A DNA stretch of 63,698 nt, counting the filler, from Octopus bimaculoides (taxonomy: Eukaryota): assembly GCF_001194135.2 (NCBI RefSeq). It is 5 parts of 5 records of this genome, joined end to end, with 100 filler letters (N's around TTAATTAATTAA, not from the genome) between each part and the next. Parts side by side here need not be neighbours in the genome. Positions count along the whole stretch, not along the records: positions 1 to 14,591 come from NC_068985.1; positions 14,692 to 29,565 come from NC_068986.1; 3 more parts are not named here. One strand, written 5' to 3'. Below, in pieces: positions 11,989 through 24,018 of the stretch. The translations under genes and the position numbers were made by a program. Below the pieces are notes generated by a model that saw only the letters and a program-made list of their open reading frames with translations, had not been told where the DNA came from and did not search any database. How positions within the stretch are numbered: position 1 is the stretch's first letter; the number at the start of each line of letters is the position of its first letter.

Positions 11989-12904
11989 ACACACACACAC
12001 ACTTGTATATANNNNNNNNNNNNNNNNNNNNNNNNNNNNNNNNNNNNNNNNNNNNNNNNNNNNNNNNNNNNNNNNNNNNNNNNNNNNNNNNNNNNNNNNN
12101 NNNNNNNNNNNNNNNNNNNNNNNNNNNNNNNNNNNNNNNNNNNNNNNNNNNNNNNNNNNNNNNNNNNNNNNNNNNNNNNNNNNNNNNNNNNNNNNNNNNN
12201 NNNNNNNNNNNNNNNNNNNNNNNNNNNNNNNNNNNNNNNNNNNNNNNNNNNNNNNNNNNNNNNNNNNNNNNNNNNNNNNNNNNNNNNNNNNNNNNNNNNN
12301 NNNNNNNNNNNNNNNNNNNNNNNNNNNNNNNNNNNNNNNNNNNNNNNNNNNNNNNNNNNNNNNNNNNNNNNNNNNNNNNNNNNNNNNNNNNNNNNNNNNN
12401 NNNNNNNNNNNNNNNNNNNNNNNNNNNNNNNNNNNNNNNNNNNNNNNNNNNNNNNNNNNNNNNNNNNNNNNNNNNNNNNNNNNNNNNNNNNNNNNNNNNN
12501 NNNNNNNNNNNNNNNNNNNNNNNNNNNNNNNNNNNNNNNNNNNNNNNNNNNNNNNNNNNNNNNNNNNNNNNNNNNNNNNNNNNNNNNNNNNNNNNNNNNN
12601 NNNNNNNNNNNNNNNNNNNNNNNNNNNNNNNNNNNNNNNNNNNNNNNNNNNNNNNNNNNNNNNNNNNNNNNNNNNNNNNNNNNNNNNNNNNNNNNNNNNN
12701 NNNNNNNNNNNNNNNNNNNNNNNNNNNNNNNNNNNNNNNNNNNNNNNNNNNNNNNNNNNNNNNNNNNNNNNNNNNNNNNNNNNNNNNNNNNNNNNNNNNN
12801 NNNNNNNNNNNNNNNNNNNNNNNNNNNNNNNNNNNNNNNNNNNNNNNNNNNNNNNNNNNNNNNNNNNNNNNNNNNNNNNNNNNNNNNNNNNNNNNNNNNN
12901 NNNN

Positions 12905-13236
12905 CACAAGAGCCGGCCCAGGGGCACCGGCAATGATCTCGCTCGAAAGATTTCATGTGTCGCCCGCACACGAGCCAGTCCAGGGGCACTGGCAACGATC
13001 CCGCTCAAAACATTTCATGTGTCACCCGCGCAAGAGCCAGTCTAGGGTCACTGGCAACGATCTCGCTCGAAGGATTTCATGTGTTGCCCACACACGAGCC
13101 AGTCCAGGGGCACCGGCAACGATCCTGCTCGAAAAACCTCATGTGTCGCCCGCACAAGAGCCGGCCCAGGGGAGTCGCCCGCACATGAGCCAGTCCAGGG
13201 GCACTGGCAACGAACCCGCTCAAACATTTCATGTGT
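12905..13236 (+). repeat. Tandem array of a ~62-bp GC-rich unit (about 5.5 copies visible, gap upstream)
   Basis: Unit approximately CACACGAGCCAGTCCAGGGGCACTGGCAACGATCCCGCTCAAAACATTTCATGTGTCGCCCG. Confidence 0.9.
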
Positions 13237-13744
13237 CATACATATATATACATACACATGCATACATGTGTACACTCACAAACACACACATGTCACTGAA
13301 TGCATTATTATATCGTATATTATGAAATGTTTAATTGGCAGAAATGAGAGATTGACTCAAGAGCTGATATCTTTCTGCATGCCACTTATCAATAAACTAG
13401 AAAAATATATATATTCCTCCTTTGAGATTTTATTTATCATGATTGCACTACCAAAGCTGTGTGTGTGTGGTGTATACTTTGTGTGTCTTTCCTTGTGGCA
13501 TAGACACACTGTATCACTGCATGCTGTAAGAAGTAACTAAAACAATTGGCATCAGGAAGGTCCTCCAGCCATAAGACACTGCTTCAAAATATTCCATTCA
13601 ATTCATGCCAGCAGGGAATTATAAAAGTGTGCGTGCATGTCTATGTGTGTGTGTGTGTATAAATACAATAAGATATTATGATATATTAATATATTAAAAA
13701 TATACCACATATACCTATACCAGCATGGAAGGCGGATTTTAATA

Positions 13745-13793
<49 letters not shown>

Positions 13794-14021
13794 ATAATAT
13801 AGGTGGCCCATTAGCAATTAAAGCCTAAAGGCAAGTTAATAAACAAGGGTACAAATTAGTTCCGGCAATTGCTAGAAATCATGGAAAGGTGCTTTAGCTT
13901 GCTCCCCACTTTCCGTCAATTCTTGAGGTTAGTGCTCTGTGGGGCTATTTCAAGTAGTTTTGACTCTTATTTCTAGCAATTGCTGATACTAATTTCTACC
14001 CTTGTTTATGATCATCATCGA

Positions 14022-14222
14022 CATCATCATCATCATTGTTTAACACCTGCTTTCCATGCTGGTATGGGTTGGACGGTTTGACTAAGGACTGGTGAGTCAG
14101 ATGGCTGCACCAGGCTCCAATCTGATCAGGCAAATTTTCTACAGCTGGATGCCCTTCCTAACGCCCACCACTCCGAGAGTGTAGTGGGTGCTTTTACATG
14201 CTACCGGCATGAGAGCTAGTCA
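14022..14222 (-). mobile_element. Family C RTE-type 3' end
   Basis: Same sequence as the other family C copies; (GAT)n tail at about 14022. Confidence 0.8.
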
Positions 14223-14591
14223 GGCGAAGACCGGGAAAGCCCCCGGCCCATCAGGAATCACTGCAGAGATGCTCAAAATATCTGGCAGTGTTGGCTATAG
14301 CCTAGTCACCCGTATTACGAACCAGGTGATACACGAAGGAGTCATACCCTATGACTGGTGTAGCAGCATCATAGTCAACTGCTACAAAGGTAAAGGGGAC
14401 GCTTTAGATACAAATAATTACAGAGGCATCAAGCTGTTAGATCAGGTTATGAAAGTTACAGAGAGGGTCATAGCCCAACTAATTAGGGAGCGAATCAATT
14501 TAGATGAGATACAGTTTGGGTTCGTGCCAGGTAAAAGCACTACTGATGCCTTATTTCTAGTGAGACAGTTGCAAGAGAAATACCTAGCTAA
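14223..14591 (+). mobile_element. RTE-clade LINE RT fragment (ends at gap)
   Basis: KTGKAPGPSGITAEMLK..GVIPYDWCSSIIVNCYKGKGDALDTNNYRGIKLL..QFGFVPGKSTTDA; open frame throughout. Confidence 0.93.
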
Positions 14592-15397
14592 NNNNNNNNN
14601 NNNNNNNNNNNNNNNNNNNNNNNNNNNNNNNNNNNTTAATTAATTAANNNNNNNNNNNNNNNNNNNNNNNNNNNNNNNNNNNNNNNNNNNNCTTACCACA
14701 CAGCCACTCGTGGTCATTAAAATTCTGGATTTGTTTCAAATTTCATCAACTCCATGTTAAGTCATTTGCAACGCTTACAATTTCTTCACCTCCTGCAAAA
14801 TCACCTTTAAAAATTTTGCCAGAGGGCTTGGAAATGTGTAGTAATATGAGGTTCCTTTGGAATGATGTGTATTAGAGTAACTGTGTATATCTTTGTATAC
14901 ATGTGTATGCGCGTGCAGATGTGTATGCAGTCTTAATAAACCAAGGTTGTTCAACCCGGATAGTAAAAAAAAAAAACAGAAAAGAATTCATGAAGAATGC
15001 TATTATAACTATCGAACTATTACGTTCTTTTGATTTGAAGACCTGCTGAAAATGGTCAAGAACGCCAGAGGACATAAATGAACGCTAATCGTCCATTGAT
15101 TTGCGAAATTAATGACCTCAAGTAGAATAGAATACAACCAAATCACGATGTAACCAAGTTTGTAATGGAAGGAAATACGCAATCATGCAGGTGTTGGAAC
15201 ATCAAGCATGAAACATGAAACTCGTTGTATGTTATCCACACATAAAAGTTCACCTTAACATGAGATACTCGCTACAAACCAATAACAGATGTCTTTATAT
15301 AACTGCGCATGTCATAACGCCTTTGCGTAGTGTTTACTTTAAGGTTTCATTTCGGATTTCCTTACAGACACTTGAAAAGAAGAAAATATTCTTTCAT

Positions 15398-15600
15398 TCT
15401 TTTACTTGTTTCAGTCATTTGACTGCGGCCATGCTGGAGCAGCACCTTAAAGGGTGTTAGTCGAAGAAATTGATCCCATGACTTATTCTTTGTAAGCCTA
15501 TTACTTATTCTATCGGTCTCTTTTGCTGAACCGGTAGATTAAGGGGGACATAAACACACCAGCATCGGTTTCCAAGCGATGGCAGGGGACAAACACACAC
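15398..15600 (-). mobile_element. SINE family A, 3' half
   Basis: Reverse complement of the family A tail, running into (CA/TA)n and a gap. Confidence 0.8.
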
Positions 15601-16113
15601 ACACACACACAAATATATAAATATATATACNNNNNNNNNNNNNNNNNNNNNNNNNNNNNNNNNNNNNNNNNNNNNNNNNNNNNNNNNNNNNNNNNNNNNN
15701 NNNNNNNNNNNNNNNNNNNNNNNNNNNNNNNNNNNNNNNNNNNNNNNNNNNNNNNNNNNNNNNNNNNNNNNNNNNNNNNNNNNNNNNNNNNNNNNNNNNN
15801 NNNNNNNNNNNNNNNNNNNNNNNNNNNNNNNNNNNNNNNNNNNNNNNNNNNNNNNNNNNNNNNNNNNNNNNNNNNNNNNNNNNNNNNNNNNNNNNNNNNN
15901 NNNNNNNNNNNNNNNNNNNNNNNNNNNNNNNNNNNNNNNNNNNNNNNNNNNNNNNNNNNNNNNNNNNNNNNNNNNNNNNNNNNNNNNNNNNNNNNNNNNN
16001 NNNNNNNNNNNNNNNNNNNNNNNNNNNNNNNNNNNNNNNNNNNNNNNNNNNNNNNNNNNNNNNNNNNNNNNNNNNNNNNNNNNNNNNNNNNNNNNNNNNN
16101 NNNNNNNNNNNNN

Positions 16114-16147
<34 letters not shown>

Positions 16148-16309
16148 CTTCGCCTCTCCCTGTCACTACTATCTCTCTCTCTCTATCTTTTGTTGCTCGT
16201 CCTTCGCCTCTCACCGTCACTACTACTATCTCTCTCCCTCTCTACCTCTCGCTGCTCACTCATATTCTACTTCCTCCCCTTCTTCTCCCTCTACTACTCT
16301 TTCTCCCTA

Positions 16310-16710
16310 CTCCTCGCTGGTCACATGTGTCCAGTTGCTATTTCTTTTCGGTCTGGACTCTCCAAGCTTCGCACGCACATCTTCACCTCTCCAGTTCGTG
16401 CTTCACAGCGTTCAATATACACATACTTCTCCACGTCTGGCTGTACAGCCTTTTTGTTTGTTTATTTCACCGTTTCGTTTTCCTGCCTTGTTTTCCATCC
16501 GCCACTATCCTCCAGGAAAAAAATTTAATTTGTATTCGTGGGAATAGCCATTTTAACGATGCGTCCTGCCCTAACTCTTCGAAACGCCGGTGTTTTAATG
16601 GTAGCAGCTGATGAAGGATATGTTCTCTATGTGGCCTGCTTGAATTTTGTACCTTGTTTATCATTTTGTCCATGTTTTTTTTTTGCAACGTCATGTACCC
16701 AGATATGTAT
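16310..16710 (+). repeat. Unclassified interspersed-repeat-like segment with a Penelope-like terminal motif
   Basis: Non-microsatellite, CpG-containing block with CTTCGAAACGCCGGTGTTTTAATGG...CTGATGAAGG. Confidence 0.35.
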
Positions 16711-17784
16711 CTATATGTACATGTAGATGAAGATATGTACATACATGTACATATATATGCATATACTCATATATTGTTTATATATATATATATATATATN
16801 NNNNNNNNNNNNNNNNNNNNNNNNNNNNNNNNNNNNNNNNNNNNNNNNNNNNNNNNNNNNNNNNNNNNNNNNNNNNNNNNNNNNNNNNNNNNNNNNNNNN
16901 NNNNNNNNNNNNNNNNNNNNNNNNNNNNNNNNNNNNNNNNNNNNNNNNNNNNNNNNNNNNNNNNNNNNNNNNNNNNNNNNNNNNNNNNNNNNNNNNNNNN
17001 NNNNNNNNNNNNNNNNNNNNNNNNNNNNNNNNNNNNNNNNNNNNNNNNNNNNNNNNNNNNNNNNNNNNNNNNNNNNNNNNNNNNNNNNNNNNNNNNNNNN
17101 NNNNNNNNNNNNNNNNNNNNNNNNNNNNNNNNNNNNNNNNNNNNNNNNNNNNNNNNNNNNNNNNNNNNNNNNNNNNNNNNNNNNNNNNNNNNNNNNNNNN
17201 NNNNNNNNNNNNNNNNNNNNNNNNNNNNNNNNNNNNNNNNNNNNNNNNNNNNNNNNNNNNNNNNNNNNNNNNNNNNNNNNNNNNNNNNNNNNNNNNNNNN
17301 NNNNNNNNNNNNNNNNNNNNNNNNNNNNNNNNNNNNNNNNNNNNNNNNNNNNNNNNNNNNNNNNNNNNNNNNNNNNNNNNNNNNNNNNNNNNNNNNNNNN
17401 NNNNNNNNNGCCACATCAAACATAGATCAGAACTGGGCCCCTAAACTCATAAGGAACCCTGGGCAACTGCCCAGTGTACTCATGTCTTAAGACACCACTG
17501 ACGATGTTTCAAGTAAACCCCAAGATATAACTAACAAATCCTTTTTACATTTTTCTCTTTCAACTTTTTTTTTACTTTTATTTCCAAGTGGGGGTATTTT
17601 CACCCGTTTAAAACTAAAATTTGATATTTCAAAATTGAATCCGGAGATGATTATAGATTATCTTAGTCGAAATACATGGCAAATATAACATTCAGTGCCT
17701 GGGCTGTAGATTTCACACCAATACATGCAATTAGATTTAAGGTAGTATCCACGAAACTTGTTATTTGGCTCTTGGTTAACTCTG

Positions 17785-17925
17785 ATGAAGCAGACCTGTA
17801 ATCAAAGCATTCTATGACCATTCTTTCTTATTTTCACACGGCGTTTCCAGGACTAATTATCCAAAATATATGCTTCTTTTGTAAGATGCAAATAGATTTA
17901 AGGGAATTTAGCTACTATTTCTAGA
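17785..17925 (+). repeat. Short interspersed repeat, family F (copy 1)
   Basis: About 90% identical by eye to 20934-21075; diverged inverse copies near 30930-31000 and 57780-57900. Confidence 0.75.
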
Positions 17926-18283
17926 AAGCTGGACAACCACGTGAAAGCCCATCATTGATTCATGGCCTGCTTGATTACATCGGCAAATTGGCAGATTCGT
18001 TAGAACAGAGTTGTTAGAACGTCCAATGCCCTAACATTCCGTCAATTTGCCATACTTCATTCTATCTGACAATGCAATATCCATTTTTTAAAATCTTTTA
18101 CTTGTTTCAATCACTGGACTGCGGCCATACTGGGGCACCGCCTTGAAGGATTTAACCGAACAGATCGATACTAAATACTTATTTCTGGTACTTAATTTAT
18201 CGGAATCTTTTGCCGAACCGCTAATTTACATGAACATAAACAAACCAACGTCAGTTGTCAAGCGTTAGAAGTTGACAAACACG

Positions 18284-18363
<80 letters not shown>

Positions 18364-18954
18364 TATGTATGTATGTATATACAACAAGCTTCCTCTCAGT
18401 TTCTGTCTACCAAATTCACTCGTATTTATAATAATACATGTATATGATCCTTATTGTTAGTTGGATCTGCAGAAGAGTGATGGATTGGCAGATTCGGTGG
18501 CCAGGCCCACAAAACATCATTCAGTATTTAATTACGTATTTTACGTTTTTAATTCAAATTCTGCCGAGTCGATAGAATCATAACCAATCCCGTAGTGGAA
18601 TCCATCCAAACATTATATTATTTCGTGTCGCTTTGTACTTACGTCAGAAATCTCTAATTATTCATATGATTAGTTATTTCTAATATCTTCTAACACCACT
18701 TTAGTTTTTATTTGTTTCGTTTCTTTTTAACCGAAAATTGACACAAGAATAGTTCCTATCAAAGCGACACCTCATCCCACAACAGAATGATGTCATAGTA
18801 ATTCAGAAATACATGACTAAAAATCCCTAAATAGATGAATTTGTAAACAGAAAGCCATTAGCTTTATCATGAAAAACTTTCAATGGAAACCCGTCATTTT
18901 CATTTATAGACCCATTATTTCATTTATTTGTATTTCTGCTTATGGATGATCCGC

Positions 18955-19265
18955 TGTTTTGAATGCTGATAAATTCTTTCAATTTTTAAGACACATTTTC
19001 CCTACTGCAGATCAATCATTTCAGCTGCCGATTCATTGTTCCGATTCATCAATTCTTAGCAATAACTTTACGTGTTGATCCATCATTTTAATTGTCGATT
19101 CAGTGCTTCGTTTTACTGATCAACTATCTTAATTGCTGATCCACAATATCTAACATTTTGATCAATGAACCATCTCTCAATACACCATTTACGTTGTCAA
19201 GTGACCGTATCATTCGTCAGTTTAACGTTTTGCTTGTCAATCTGCCGTTTGGATGATGAATCCAT
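18955..19265. repeat. Highly degenerate ~20-22 bp minisatellite
   Basis: Recurring TTTTAAYTGCTGATCMATCA-like units. Confidence 0.45.
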
Positions 19266-19426
19266 TTCATGATTATATGGGATATTTCCATACAAAATCT
19301 CCGCACAAGCATGATAAGCAATGGCATCGCTTTCTCTCTCTCCCCTCTCCCCGACCACAATCTCCCTCCTTCATCTATTTATCAATATTAAGACGACTCG
19401 ATCAGGGCTAGACTGGGCCTAACCAG

Positions 19427-19480
<54 letters not shown>

Positions 19481-19616
19481 TTGCCCATTTGTCTAGCGTT
19501 CATTGTATTCCCTATCACCTTCTCTCCATTCCCACCAATCTCTCCTACGACTTGCCAGTTAGATTTCAAAGATCAGCATTTTGATTTGTTAATCTCTTTT
19601 GTGTAGAGTCTTATCT

Positions 19617-19680
19617 GGTCCAGTCGATAAGTTATGGGACTATTGACCGAAGGATCGAGGGTTCGTATACTGCCAACAGC
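19617..19680 (+). mobile_element. tRNA-like SINE head / tRNA pseudogene
   Basis: TGGTCCAGTCGATAAG (A-box-like) ... GAGGGTTCGTATACT (B-box-like). Confidence 0.45.
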
Positions 19681-20294
19681 ACTGCATTTTATTTATAGCC
19701 TAGACATTTATATCTCTCAAGCCCAATGCGTGTACTATGGTGGGTCTATGATGGGTGTATAACTTAGTGAAAACACTGTATAATTGATTTCTAACAAAGG
19801 CACATGTTCACAAATTTAAAGGATGGGTACCGTTGATTATAACGACCCCTGTGTTCAATTAGTGCGTATTTTATTGACTTCGAAATATTGAACACCAAAA
19901 GTCGATTTTGGTGAGATTCGAAATTAGAACATAAAAATTTGTGATAAATACCACAAGAATTTTGTTTATCACTCTTTTGATTCCTCAATTCACCACCGAA
20001 TTATTGCCTAATTATTAAGTACTTCATTAGCTTACCATATGTGCATTATGCAAGAGATCTCCTAATTGTATTTCAGCATTCGCTTACATGGCCAGTACCA
20101 TGAAAAAGATTTACGATCGTGGTTCCACATTATCACGCAAAAGAAATAATAGATAAATTTGAAGAGCCGATCTGAACTGTGTAAATGGGCACAGAAGTAA
20201 ATTTAATATGAACGATATTAAAAGAGAAGCATACAGCCAAGCATTTTTCAAAAGTTGCTGTGAATCATTAATATAAATTGTTGGTAATGATAGG

Positions 20295-20353
<59 letters not shown>

Positions 20354-20354
<1 letters not shown>

Positions 20355-20786
20355 GTGACACTAGGGTAAAATATACGAAGCCCATTATACCCATCATGAC
20401 TACCCATCTGATAAGAGTACACTAGGCACATGCATCACAACCATATGTGCGCGAGATGGTGATCTCATATCAAGATAAACAGCACATGACCTCGCAGGTG
20501 GGGCCCAGTTAGAATTTTCTTCAGGTCGAGTAGCCCATCCCGCTCAAAAGGTCCCTGAATAAGGTTTGTTTAAGGATGTTGAGCAAAGCACCCATGTTTC
20601 CAAAGGTGAATTATTCAAACCCCAAAGAATTCCTCTCAACACATGGCTATGATGCTCCCCCACTACTTCTGCTCATGATCAGAGATGCACATATCGTCAG
20701 CCACCAAGGGACATGCTCAACTGGTTACGGTGAAACAACTGACAAGCAAATCTGTGGTATTAAGCAGAATATTTGCTGTAGCCCAT
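20354..20786 (-). mobile_element. Family D non-coding element in (TAA)n (copy 1)
   Basis: Closely similar to 24050-24480; flanked on both sides by (ATT)n. Confidence 0.85.
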
Positions 20787-20933
20787 TATTATTATTATTA
20801 ATATTATTATTATTATTATTATTATTATTATCATTATTATTATTATTATGCTCCGACTGGGACCGAGCAAGCGGACATCTTCAGGCATCTAGAAGTATTC
20901 TTGAGAAAACCAGCTCTTTACTGTTAATGGGTA

Positions 20934-21075
20934 ATGAAGCAGACTTGTAATCAAAGCATTCTATGACCATTCTTTCTTATTTTCAGACGGCGTTTCCGGA
21001 CTAAATTATTCAAAATATATCCTTCTTCTGTAAGATACAAATAGATTTAAGGGTGATTTAGCTACTATTTCTAGA
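20934..21075 (+). repeat. Family F repeat (copy 2)
   Basis: Direct repeat of 17785-17925. Confidence 0.75.
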
Positions 21076-21079
21076 CATC

Positions 21080-21940
21080 TTTGACGTATGACGGAACGTT
21101 GTGGGAGCTGTTGAGCGTTTCAGTTGTCAGAAACTTTCAATTGTCAATTTCAAAAGGTGGTGAGCTTTACAAAAACGAGAACGCTTTATAACCCTATTGA
21201 TGGTGTCACTTCTGATTCGTCGTCACCTTTGTGGAACATTGCCAGTATGTTGAGTGCACCGAAGTGACTAGAAACGGTGTGTTGTCGGTAGTTTTTGTGT
21301 ATAGCTAAGTTCTAATTATTTAAGAAAATCACAGAGCCATTCGAGAACTGTGTCCCGTTGTGAATGCAAAAAGAAGAGCAGCGAAATTGGTGATGCGTGG
21401 AAAAAGCACCGTAAGGACTGCTTGGGGTTTTTCTGGCCGAAGAACTGAAAGGCAGAGCAGGAGAGAGGCCGATGAACAACATCAGAGACAGCAGAAATAA
21501 TTAAGCAAATTCCAGAGACACCACCAGTCCCGGCACCGATTTCTGGTCCGGGAACTGTAAAAGAAATCACATCTCCAGTGCCAATAACCAATGACCAGTG
21601 GTTACTTCCTGCGGCCACAACTAATAGTACCGTTGTCTTGTGGCAATGAGGAAGGGCATAGAGAAGGAACAAGGGTTGTAAACTAAGAAAAAAAACAACC
21701 TAAACAAAAAGCGAATAAAGTATACGAAGATGAGCCTATAATCAACCACACTGGAAGTTATGAAATCCGCAGTGTTTCGTGAAGCTAACGAGGAACTGAT
21801 GATAACTTTTAACATACAGAAAAAAAGCAAGGAGAGTTATACAGTAACCTCGTGGAGGAAGTGAATCCTTTCATACCCACCTAGACACCAGAGTTGTGCC
21901 CTGGTACCTTAGGGACAACCAATTTGAGTATCTAGACATG
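21080..21940 (+). mobile_element. Decayed coding-like remnant, possibly L1/Tx1 ORF1
   Basis: Higher-GC block with broken frames, a possible zinc-knuckle vestige and a Pro/Thr-rich linker (IPETPPVPAPISGPGTVKEITSPVP). Confidence 0.3.
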
Positions 21941-22443
21941 GAAGATGCGGAGGATAGGAAAGCGAAAATTTAACAAGAGCTGGGGGAGGGGACAAACCAA
22001 GGTGACAACTTCTCGCTTGTGTGGGAAACTCTTAATTATTGCCAGTATTTTTTTAAAATTATATTATTATAATATTGAGTTTATAAATATTCATTTAAAC
22101 ATTTTGCATTATTTTTTTTTTTTTACATATTTCAATACATTGAATAATATATTTACCTCTCTCTCGTTATACCTGACATGTCTTTGTAACATTTTGTAAC
22201 GCATGTAGTGTTTACAACAACAAAAAAGAGGAAAAAAGAAGGAAAAAAAAGGAAGCTGCACGTATAACACATAACTTAGAAGCAGCGCTACAGGTGTACC
22301 AACACACACGAGATTGAGACATAGCCGACCTCACACACTTCTCATGAGGGATTCCGGAAGAAGCTTCGTGAAACCACTACTGAGATGCTTCCGAAAAAAG
22401 AAAAGCCGTTGGAAAACAGATTATAGCAGCGACTCCATCTAAG

Positions 22444-22486
22444 AATATCTGAAGAAGGAATTGTATTCCGAAATATCATCGGACTA
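22444..22486 (+). ncRNA. Degenerate hammerhead-like motif (Penelope-like terminus)
   Basis: CTGAAGA-A-GGAAT-TGT-ATTCC-GAAA-TATC-ATC; stem II is perfect but stem I is not formed. Confidence 0.35.
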
Positions 22487-22662
22487 TGGATAACTAAATT
22501 ACAACAGGTATATAGGCCATTTTTTTGTATTATAGTGCATTGTTGTACCATTCCAAACTTTTTTTTCTTTGTAACACATTTTTTTGTTGTTGTATACATG
22601 AATGGGTCTTGGTGGCAATAAAACAAAAAAATAAAAACCAATATCATCATCCTCATCATTTC

Positions 22663-22744
<82 letters not shown>

Positions 22745-22749
22745 GCTGT

Positions 22750-23930
22750 TGTTGGTTTCCTTTCATTATAACTTTATTTCAGCTGCTTTAGTACCGGCCA
22801 TCCTCCGGAGGCCAAAAGTAACAAGGGAACATTTGTTTTTCTATGCATGCTAAAGTTATCACCACATTTATTCCATTTTAGATGGAGAGTGCTTTCCGTG
22901 GTATATGGGCTGCACCCATCAAGGTTATCTTTTCTAATTCACGGAGATTGGAGTTACCAGGGAGTTGCTTAACATACCTCTCAGCTACCTTCTTTATCAT
23001 TTCCAACGCACCAATTACCACTGGTATTATCGTAGTACTAAGCTTCCACATTTTTTTAAAATTTCAATTTGCAGATCTTTATAGTGAGAAAGCTTTTCGT
23101 ATTCCTTTCTTGAGACATTTTGATCTTGTGGGACAGACATATCTATTAACAGACAACTTCCTCTGTTGTAGTCCTTGATCACAATGTCTGGTCGATTGGA
23201 GTCAATTTTTCTGTCTGTATGTATTGGGAAGTTCCAAAGGATGGTGACGCCCTCACCATTTACTACATCCTCTGAATGGTACCTGTACCACTTATCATGG
23301 GATTTAATTTTGTAGTATTTACGGGCATTCTAGTTGATTTACTGCCCTATTCTGTCATGTCTTATGAGGTATTCCTTTTCAGCGAGGACTGGCAGCCAGA
23401 AACAACACGATCAATTGTCTGCACGAAGGATCAGATCCATCTTTAAGGACGTTAGCATGGTAGTTTCTTGTAGGTAAACTCTGATCTTGCGCTGCAGTAA
23501 CAAAACCTTCTGTTTCCCCTTTCAGACCTGTCCCTTGTAGCTATTGGGGTGTTAGATTTTGATCAATATCTGGTTTGGACAGGCGGTGAAGATATTTTCC
23601 ATGCAGGAGTTTATCTTTCCAGTTGTCTTTTATATTTTTCATGTAAGCCTTCTTTGCTTTTTGTTTGATGTTTTTTGCATCAATGATAGGTTTGTCACTA
23701 TTTGGATCTCTTTGGTCTTTCTGATTGTTAATTTCTAAATCAGGAAAAGCAATGGTAGGTCTGTCAATTGTCTTTGGTATTCTTGTTGTTAACTTGTAGG
23801 TCAAGAGACTTTTTAAATTTCTGACTAAGCTTCATGACTGAATCTTCATGCTTGAAATCTTCAGTGTAATTCATAAGAGCACATCACGTGTTGTATTAAG
23901 GTACTTTTCAAGGCCTCTTATTGCTGATTT
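22750..23930 (-). mobile_element. R4/Dong LINE 3' portion (C-terminal region + REL + 3' UTR) ending in (CAA/TAA)n
   Basis: WKDKLLHGKY..GLKGETEGFVTAAQDQSLPTRNY..TILWNFPIHTDRKIDSNRPDIVIKD..LLIDMSVP..EKLSHYKDLQIEI..IIPVVIGALE. Confidence 0.9.
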
Positions 23931-24018
23931 GAAGGATTGTTCAAACTATATCAGGCCTCTTCCACCTATTCTTCTTCTTCTTTTTCTTCTTCTTCTTCTT
24001 CTTCTTATTATTATTATT

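Noticed and set aside
12905-13236. CRISPR-like repeat array
   Set aside because: Units are contiguous with no unique spacers, the context is eukaryotic, and no cas genes are present.
11860-13325. Long ORFs (300-440 aa) here and at 15.5-17.5, 36.2-37.3, 49.1-51.1 and 60.5-63.0 kb
   Set aside because: They consist almost entirely of X residues from N gaps plus (TA/CA)n translations.
14592-14691. TTAATTAATTAA embedded in N runs (also at 29566, 44871 and 59272)
   Set aside because: Identical 100-bp N/TTAATTAATTAA/N blocks are assembly gap padding with stops in all frames, not biology.
16547-16620. Hammerhead half-motifs GAAACGCCGGTGTT and a downstream CTGATGA
   Set aside because: No CTGANGA core upstream at the expected position, and the permuted arrangement gives no stem I; at best a decayed Penelope-like terminus.
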